Assembly (NCBI GenBank): GCA_027923505.1
Contig: BROI01000002.1
Span: 186,001-250,000 of the forward strand
Origin: Mayamaea pseudoterrestris
Taxonomy: Eukaryota
Reading direction: 5' to 3'
DNA length: 64,000 bases
Shown: one piece after another, positions 57,666 through 64,000 of the stretch
How positions within the stretch are numbered: position 1 is the stretch's first letter
Layout of the letters: each line of letters opens with the position of its first letter
Notes under the pieces: model-generated
The model's database searches: none
What the model saw: only the letters and a program-made list of their open reading frames with translations
Told to the model about the DNA's origin: nothing
Made by a program: the position numbers and the translations under genes

Positions 57666-60600
57666 TCAAGATGATGCCGCGTTAAACACAGCTGAAGTTT
57701 CCAAAATGGCCGCTACCGCTGGCTTGCGAAAAAATTCAAGAAGCGGGCGAAGTTTCTCGCGCGTCCAAGTTCCAGTTGGGTCTGGAAGCACAATGTGGTG
57801 GCGTGGACAGTCTTTTACATCGCACCCTGGGGATCCATGCAGCGCATGGAAAAGGCATAATTGTTTTCCTTCAAACACTGGAGCTCGGATTGGGGGAGTT
57901 CGGCGACTCAAATGTTGAAAAAGTTTCCGAACTGCGGCACCGGAACAGTCGGTGCCATCACGCCAACGTGCCAACGAAGCAGGAGCTTTTAAATACGTAC
58001 CGGTTGATTCGCGCGGAGCTCTTGTAGAGGAATTTTGCTGACTTGCGCCACTTGTTGAGGTTTTTGTTTGGTTTGATGATTTGTCGTTATGTTGTTTTTG
58101 TTTTTCTGGTTGAACTTCCAGTGGTGCTGGCCGACGAAACGGACCGGCGATAGGCAATTCTTTGGCTGCAAAGTTTTCAATGGCTATGCCCAAGCTGGTA
58201 TCGTGCCGCCACTTTGTAAAGGCATCCGATAGAGACTCGAAGCTGTGGTTGTCTAAGAAAGCTTTGAAACCGCAGACATCTGAGCGTGATTGTTGGGAAT
58301 GGAGTAAGACACGCACGCAATGGTCATCCGCGTCACGTGACATTGCCCAGTCAATAATAATTCGCCAAAGATCGCAGATTGTGTTAATGACTGCAATTGT
58401 GCATGTTAGCTTTCGATCGTTTGACATGATGGACCAACATTCCTGGAGGCGTTGGTTTGACAAGAGGTCAATTAGCCAGGCAAGGTGGCCGGCGAATGGC
58501 GAGGCGAGTAGCCATGGTGAAAGTTCTGGGTGGATTTCGCGTAGGAATGGAAAGCGAACTTGGTTTGTGTAAGTGATATGGAAATACCAGGCCATGTTCT
58601 TTGTCAATTGCGCTAATTTGTCGCATTCCAGTCCTTGTGGTTGGAGCCGGTGACCATGGCGCTGGACCGTTTGAATAAAGCTCCAAGGGCTGATGTACGC
58701 ATTGAATGAGCAGGTTGCATCGTCTCCTGCGATCAGAAGGCCAGATTGTAGCGCTTTGATGTTGTCAGCAGTTGTGAAGAAATCGGTGCTTGCAAAACTT
58801 GGGCGCGCGTAAGTCTCCATGATGGCATGTTGGGCTGCTCGCAATTCATTGCTAAAGTGATTTGTCACATGTCCTGTGGCTTTTGACTCGAGAACATTCA
58901 ACGTGAATTTTTTAGAAACGTATCCTGGCAAAAGGACTTGCCAGTCTGGGAATACACAACCTTGATTGTTGTCGCGCTGCCCCATGCGCAGTTTCGGGTC
59001 GACCGCGATGGCTCCAAAGTGGGCGCCTAGCACAATTGCGTCGGACAGTCCATCTTCCACGTATGCTTGGCGATTAAATCGATCCGTTTGCAAGTTTGTT
59101 GCCGGAAAAAGAAAATCCACTTTGCGGCGCTGCAGTGCCATGCCAGCGGTGAAGTACTGCATCATGTGTGTGTGAGGCTGCTCATACGGGAGGAGCAATT
59201 TTGAGTGCGATAAATTTGTTTGAGATTTTTGTGCTGGAATATTGAATGACATGCGCGGCGGTGAATAGCTGGCCGGTTTTGTGCCAATGTAGTCAACAGA
59301 ATCATTGTCCGTCGCTGTGGGGTAGTCAATTTCTGAAAATCCCAATCGTTTGTGTGCGCTTGTGTCAAGTGACGCCTTCCTCTTTTTGGTGTGGGAGTTT
59401 GCTGTTAGCGATAGAGCTGCTCGTGACTGTTCATCTTCTGCCAATGTAGGGGCGCGAAGTGGTGTCGTAGCAACGGCAGAAAATCCCATTGCCGCAAGAA
59501 TGTCAAATGATTCTGGTGCCGGCTGGTCGCGCTGCGTTTTTGCTTCTGATGTTGGCGATTGGGCACCGGAAATTTTTGATTTTAATTCGATCCGCAGTGC
59601 CCGAACAAAGTCTGCTGATGATTCTGCAGGTAGATCAACGCTAGCAAAGCGATTCCAGTGATGCAACAAGTCTTGTCGAAGAAAATGGATGTGGAAATTT
59701 TCCAGCCACAGCTTTGCTTTAGGGTTGACGAGAAGCGGGAGATGGATAGCATCTGAAACGTACTGCTTGTGCCATTCTTCGACGTCTGGCGACTGAGCCA
59801 GGATAGCCATTCCTTTTGTTTCAAATTGTTGCAGTTTGGAGCTCCACTGCTTCGTCAAGGAATGATGAAGGTAATCCCACATCCAACGGAATCGAATATT
59901 CGTCTCGGGATGGGCAATGGCCACTTGCGAGTCTAACGTATCTTCCGCTCGCCAGTCCTTCCACGAATCTTCCAGTTGCGCCATGAAGTAAGTAGGGCTG
60001 CTCATTGCCATCGGATTCTTGGCGCACGCAGCCAAAAACGTGTCAAGCACTGGGTTGTCAAGCATCCACGCGTACGCCTCCTCAGGAAGTTCCGTGAATT
60101 CAATGCAAAACTGTTGAAAATCTTGTCCCGTTTTGCAGCGCGAGTGATCGAATGGTACGCCAAGAGGAATGCCATGGTGGCCTTTGGGAATGAACAATGC
60201 TCGTTGGAAAACCAAGGTACGGACATCGTGCATATTCGCTGCAGTCACTGGACGGTTCATCGTATTTACAGCAAAGGGCCGGTCACCTGACGTAAACGTT
60301 GGCGGTGTTGGTCCAAGGAAAAGCTTGCCGTCACCAATTTCCACCGGAATGTCATCCTTGTGGAGGAGCAGGCAAGCTGGCTGAGTCAATTTTAACCCAT
60401 TTGTAAAGACTAAAGAGTCATGCAAAATATCAGCCTGTCGAGAGTCAGGTGCAGTCACCAAAGTGGCGCGCGAGTTACGTGTCAGAATGCTGACAACTGG
60501 GTTTACATCACTTGGTGATGGGACGTTTGTTGGCTGCAAATGAGACCAGGCTTCCTTGAGAAATGGAAGTTCCTTGTCTCCGGCAGATGTATCCAACTGG

Positions 60601-61082
60601 TCGGAAAAGTCCGAATGCTGTTGCAGCATGAAAGCGTTGCCATTGGCTGTTCCTGATGGTGCCGCCGAACAAACCAAGGCGAGGTTGGACAATGGGTCCT
60701 TGCCGGGAATCGCAAATTGCGAAAGGGTAATCATAGCGCCAACGTTGGCGTTGCTCATCATTTTGAGCTTGTCAAGTGCGCCGAGGTAAATGTCACTGGC
60801 GTCTTCGTCGTCGTCAGGCTCCTTTTTCTTGACCGACATGCGCTGGTTGAGCGCGTAAAACTCCTCCTTTGTCAACCATTTGTGGAGCACTTTTTCCTTG
60901 TCCTTCTCCTTGTCCCAGCTTCCATCAAGCTGGAGCTCCATCGCCTTGGCGCGCTCTCCTTTAGGAGGAACATTGTCCGTTCCCAGCCACGTGGTCGGCA
61001 AGGAAATCTCCTCCGGCCATGAAAGGGCCACAGGAGCACCCCCGAACTCAGCAAGGGAAGGAAAGCGGAGACGAACGAGCAT
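57666..61082 (-). CDS. ORF1 (gag-like) of the retroelement, 1138 aa with C-terminal CCCH-like finger
   Basis: Lies between A1 and pol; C-x10-C-x4-C-x3-H (CLFHALHGSPGCDVKDCPRHH) at 57857-57795. Confidence 0.8.
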   Translation of the reverse strand: MLVRLRFPSLAEFGGAPVALSWPEEISLPTTWLGTDNVPPKGERAKAMELQLDGSWDKEKDKEKVLHKWLTKEEFYALNQRMSVKKKEPDDDEDASDIYLGALDKLKMMSNANVGAMITLSQFAIPGKDPLSNLALVCSAAPSGTANGNAFMLQQHSDFSDQLDTSAGDKELPFLKEAWSHLQPTNVPSPSDVNPVVSILTRNSRATLVTAPDSRQADILHDSLVFTNGLKLTQPACLLLHKDDIPVEIGDGKLFLGPTPPTFTSGDRPFAVNTMNRPVTAANMHDVRTLVFQRALFIPKGHHGIPLGVPFDHSRCKTGQDFQQFCIEFTELPEEAYAWMLDNPVLDTFLAACAKNPMAMSSPTYFMAQLEDSWKDWRAEDTLDSQVAIAHPETNIRFRWMWDYLHHSLTKQWSSKLQQFETKGMAILAQSPDVEEWHKQYVSDAIHLPLLVNPKAKLWLENFHIHFLRQDLLHHWNRFASVDLPAESSADFVRALRIELKSKISGAQSPTSEAKTQRDQPAPESFDILAAMGFSAVATTPLRAPTLAEDEQSRAALSLTANSHTKKRKASLDTSAHKRLGFSEIDYPTATDNDSVDYIGTKPASYSPPRMSFNIPAQKSQTNLSHSKLLLPYEQPHTHMMQYFTAGMALQRRKVDFLFPATNLQTDRFNRQAYVEDGLSDAIVLGAHFGAIAVDPKLRMGQRDNNQGCVFPDWQVLLPGYVSKKFTLNVLESKATGHVTNHFSNELRAAQHAIMETYARPSFASTDFFTTADNIKALQSGLLIAGDDATCSFNAYISPWSFIQTVQRHGHRLQPQGLECDKLAQLTKNMAWYFHITYTNQVRFPFLREIHPELSPWLLASPFAGHLAWLIDLLSNQRLQECWSIMSNDRKLTCTIAVINTICDLWRIIIDWAMSRDADDHCVRVLLHSQQSRSDVCGFKAFLDNHSFESLSDAFTKWRHDTSLGIAIENFAAKELPIAGPFRRPAPLEVQPEKQKQHNDKSSNQTKTSTSGASQQNSSTRAPRESTGTYLKAPASLARWRDGTDCSGAAVRKLFQHLSRRTPPIRAPVFEGKQLCLFHALHGSPGCDVKDCPRHHIVLPDPTGTWTREKLRPLLEFFRKPAVAAILETSAVFNAASS

Positions 61083-61129
61083 GATGATGATGATGAGGAA
61101 AAGAAAGCAGTTTGAAGCTACAGGCGAGA

Positions 61130-61357
61130 AACAAAAACGGAGATGCTATTGCTAACAAGGGTGCAAGAGCTGATCCGAAAGGAATGGCTTGCCGCTGAAA
61201 GCCGATGGCTTGGAGGGATGTCCAAGTGTCGCAGCAGCAGTCTCAATATCCTAGCGGCAATCTCAATGTCATCCAAACTGTGTCTGCTACTGTACCCGTA
61301 GGTATCCTACGGGTAGTCCCTAGGGCGGGCTCCTCTGTGCATCCGCTCTAAGCCGGA
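61130..61357. repeat. Split direct repeat A1 (5' terminus of the element)
   Basis: 228-bp copy of 52812-53039, containing the 10-bp inverted repeat TACCCGTAGG-tat-CCTACGGGTA at 61293-61315. Confidence 0.95.
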
Positions 61358-61422
61358 TGATCCACCAACATTAAACTCCTTTCCCTTTACCATTTGGCTT
61401 TAATGATTGGACAATTTAAACT

Positions 61423-63981
61423 ATGAGGAATAAACTATGGAATGGCTTGTTAATATTCTTGCATTTTCTGAGCAGCGGCAAGGCTTTTGCTCCAGCCTTG
61501 ACTGTGAATGAGCGATGCCGGCTTGAACGAAAGGCGCCATTTCACCATGGCTATTATTCAGTTTCCCCATCAAGCGATAGTATGGAAGAGATAAAACTAC
61601 GAGAAATGGAACAAGAAAAGTCAGAAGACGAGATTCAGTCTCTTGAAGACGATATTCACGAGGAACTGGTTGCGTCGACTGCCTCGTCGTTGAATGCTGA
61701 CATCCGCAGCAACCTTGATACGACACTACAATCTACATCCAAGTCATCCATATTCAGTAGCGACCAACCCATCAGTAACAACAATATGAATACGTTCGAT
61801 TTGTCGACAGCATTACTCTGCGCCGGCTTGGCCTTTGACGCCTACGTGGAACCTCCGGCCAACTCGACGCGTTGGGAGCGCGGCTCCAAGGGCCTCAACG
61901 TTGCCTTTCTGTCGCAAGCCTTTACCCGCAATCTATATCAAGGACTCGTGGAGGTGACGCTACAAAAGTGCACCGGCCTGCCCGAGGACGAGTCAACCGT
62001 CGAACGTATACTTTCCGGAAATGGCGTCGACGCCAAGTTACTAGCCGCAATCATTGAAGGCAGTTGGCAGGAAGACTTGGAGCTGCTGGAAAGGGAGCAG
62101 TACCATCAAGGCATTTTGGATATGACAGGAGCCGCGCATGTTGGTTACAGCAGCACGGCCTGGGCCAATGTTGACGAAAAGCAGTCGCAAGTGGCAAAGC
62201 GACAGCGTGGCAAGCAGAGTCCATATCATGTGCCAGGGGGCTGGGGACGGGGAGGACAAGCAATATGGCCCGAGCCAGAGCCGTTCTACTTGTATGTACA
62301 GAATCCGGCAGAGGCTCGACTTGTTTTGACTGTCATGGATGCGGCACGGGTTGGGGATGGGAGTGCCGTGGGTTCGACGCACAAAAAGCTGACGGATCTA
62401 ATTCCGCACGCCAAGCTTCGACCGGAAGAGTTGATTGACTCTGCTAAAAAGGAGATTTTGAAGCAAATTGCGGAAGGCAAGATTGAAGCATTGGATGATA
62501 CATCCAAGATATTAATGGGAGCGCATGCCTGGGAGGGAAGTCTGCCATTAACGTCGAAACCTAGAAAGAAGGACAAGAATAGTCAAATCATGGCGGGCGC
62601 AGCTGCTGGAGCATTTGCCGCTGGTCCGGTTGGTGCTGCAGCGGGTGCGCTCATTGGAAGCTTTTACGAAGGTCAAGTGCAGGGTCGAGTGGAACTCAAG
62701 CTGCGATACCTTCCCATTCCACCCGTCAAAGTACAACGGAAACGATACAGGGTCAAGGGAGGAATGCCTGGCATCAACTGGGGAGACCTCTCAGAACGAC
62801 ATTGGAAGCGCAGCAATCAAGCAGCTGGTCACCCGCTCAATGACTTGGAGCACTGTTTCTTTATCAATCATGATTCAACCGGTTGTACTTGTGCCGTTTA
62901 TCGTTCCGTTGAGACTAAACTAATTGTTGTTTCGTTTCGCGGAACTTGTCAGCCAATAGACTTGCTTACGGATGCTAGCGTCGTCCAAGATGCATGGGTG
63001 GAAGGAGATGACATTAATGAGCAAGACTTTCCCAAGGTTCATGCAGGCTTTCGCAATTCGTTAAATTCTGTGGCCCGACGACTTAAAGGTCTACTTCTGG
63101 CAACGGTTGATTCTGGCGAACATATTAGCGACTACGATATGCTAGTAACAGGCCATTCTCTTGGAGGAGCACTGGCGACTCTTTTCGTTGCCGACATCGC
63201 CGAGTACGGAATCGATGCTGGTCGTGGGCTGCCGCAACTTGAGCCAGCGGAACCTTGGTGGAAATTTATTGCTGATACTGTGGCAGGAAGGGAGGCACGG
63301 AAAGACGAGGCTTTAGAACCACCTAGACCTAAAACGCTTCGGCTTTATAGTTTCGGAAGCCCTCGTGTCGGAAACAAAGCTTTTGCCGAACTATTTGATG
63401 CACTATTGGCAGAAAAGTTTATAAATCAGGCGTATCGAGTGGTTAATGACGAAGATGTCGTTGCTCGTCTGCCACGATCGATTAATGCGCTAGTGTTTGG
63501 CTATATTAACTATGAGCACTGCGGGCCCACGGTGTTGATTAGTCAACCAAAAGACTCCGCCGACTCATCTGCACCGCTCGTCTGGGTCGAAGGAGAAAGC
63601 GATGATAGTCAGTGTCCAGTGCGTGATGGAGTGGCTCTAACTAGTCCGATGGCCGAAGGGTCGCTCCTTGGTGATCTATTTCGTGCCACCGAGGAGGAGC
63701 TAAAGAACGCTGCTGCCGACAAGCAAGAATCGCTTCTTGGACGACTTGCTTCGTTCTCTGACAAGCTTTCAAAACGACTTCCGACCCTGACACCTGGCGA
63801 TATTGCTAGTGTTTTCGGTATTGAGCGATCATTTTCTGATCGGGAGATGAAGCTTATTTCAAGCTTAGTGCAAGGTAGAGGATTAGCGCATCATCTCGAG
63901 GATCAATATTATGGAGGCCTTGGACGTGCCGGCAGTTACTTGTGCGTCGTCGGTGAAGACATTGTTGAGGTAGAGATATAG
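61423..63981 (+). CDS. Class 3 lipase with C2-like domain, probable bipartite plastid leader
   Basis: Signal peptide ending GKA-FAP; IVVSFRGT, KVHAGF, VTGHSLGGALA, YSFGSPRVGN, RVVNDEDVVARLP and HHLEDQY. Confidence 0.92.
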   Translation: MRNKLWNGLLIFLHFLSSGKAFAPALTVNERCRLERKAPFHHGYYSVSPSSDSMEEIKLREMEQEKSEDEIQSLEDDIHEELVASTASSLNADIRSNLDTTLQSTSKSSIFSSDQPISNNNMNTFDLSTALLCAGLAFDAYVEPPANSTRWERGSKGLNVAFLSQAFTRNLYQGLVEVTLQKCTGLPEDESTVERILSGNGVDAKLLAAIIEGSWQEDLELLEREQYHQGILDMTGAAHVGYSSTAWANVDEKQSQVAKRQRGKQSPYHVPGGWGRGGQAIWPEPEPFYLYVQNPAEARLVLTVMDAARVGDGSAVGSTHKKLTDLIPHAKLRPEELIDSAKKEILKQIAEGKIEALDDTSKILMGAHAWEGSLPLTSKPRKKDKNSQIMAGAAAGAFAAGPVGAAAGALIGSFYEGQVQGRVELKLRYLPIPPVKVQRKRYRVKGGMPGINWGDLSERHWKRSNQAAGHPLNDLEHCFFINHDSTGCTCAVYRSVETKLIVVSFRGTCQPIDLLTDASVVQDAWVEGDDINEQDFPKVHAGFRNSLNSVARRLKGLLLATVDSGEHISDYDMLVTGHSLGGALATLFVADIAEYGIDAGRGLPQLEPAEPWWKFIADTVAGREARKDEALEPPRPKTLRLYSFGSPRVGNKAFAELFDALLAEKFINQAYRVVNDEDVVARLPRSINALVFGYINYEHCGPTVLISQPKDSADSSAPLVWVEGESDDSQCPVRDGVALTSPMAEGSLLGDLFRATEEELKNAAADKQESLLGRLASFSDKLSKRLPTLTPGDIASVFGIERSFSDREMKLISSLVQGRGLAHHLEDQYYGGLGRAGSYLCVVGEDIVEVEI

Positions 63982-64000
63982 GTAAAATGCTATAGATTAA

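Larger units (their letters stand above)
52563..61357 (-). mobile_element. Full-length Ngaro-type (DIRS order) tyrosine-recombinase retrotransposon with split direct repeats A1-B1-A2-B2
   Basis: ORF1, RT/RNase H and YR lie on one strand. A1 61130-61357 matches A2 52812-53039, and B1 53038-53256 matches B2 52563-52796. No methyltransferase domain is seen after RNase H. Confidence 0.93.

Noticed and set aside
57666..57668. UGA decoded as selenocysteine, linked to the SepSecS gene in the window
   Set aside because: I could not identify a SECIS element, there is no redox-motif context, and SepSecS is an ordinary housekeeping gene over 30 kb away.
61078..61096. (ATG)n microsatellite at the ORF1 start
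   Set aside because: Only about five units; too short to interpret.
52563..61357. Prokaryotic RT system (retron, DGR, group II intron), prophage integrase or LTR element
   Set aside because: The context is intron-containing eukaryotic DNA. RT-RNase H-YR with A-B-A-B repeats fits the DIRS order. There is no DDE integrase or TG..CA LTR pair, and the B1/B2 differences are not adenine-specific as in a DGR.

Overview
Gene-dense eukaryotic nuclear DNA, most likely from a diatom (inference from the short GT-AG introns, DUF6824 and HSF regulators, a diatom-type LRR gene and signal-peptide+F/W plastid-type leaders). The window holds about 20 protein genes: a 5'-truncated UBR4/BIG-like gene with 5 introns, a decayed LRR gene, an alpha/beta hydrolase, a U-box protein, COX16, an HSF, SepSecS, exportin-4, a BTB protein, DUF6824, V-ATPase F, a TFIIB-like factor, a C1GALT1-like GT31, a carotenoid oxygenase, a lyase-like secreted protein, an FkbM methyltransferase, a tandem metacaspase-like gene and a class 3 lipase. 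The main feature is an apparently complete 8.8-kb tyrosine-recombinase retrotransposon (52563-61357, minus strand) with Ngaro-type split direct repeats A1-[ORF1, RT/RNase H, YR]-B1-A2-B2. Its unusual details are: ORF1 and pol in one frame separated by a single UGA-C, a 15-nt A2/B2 spacer that is entirely a G-quadruplex motif, a GA dinucleotide shared by all three junctions, and hairpin-rich repeats. Other oddities are a UBR4 that seems to stop before its hemi-RING module but carries a GRF finger, and a tail-anchored tandem type-III-like pseudo-metacaspase. All family calls come from recognising motifs by eye, with no database searches.
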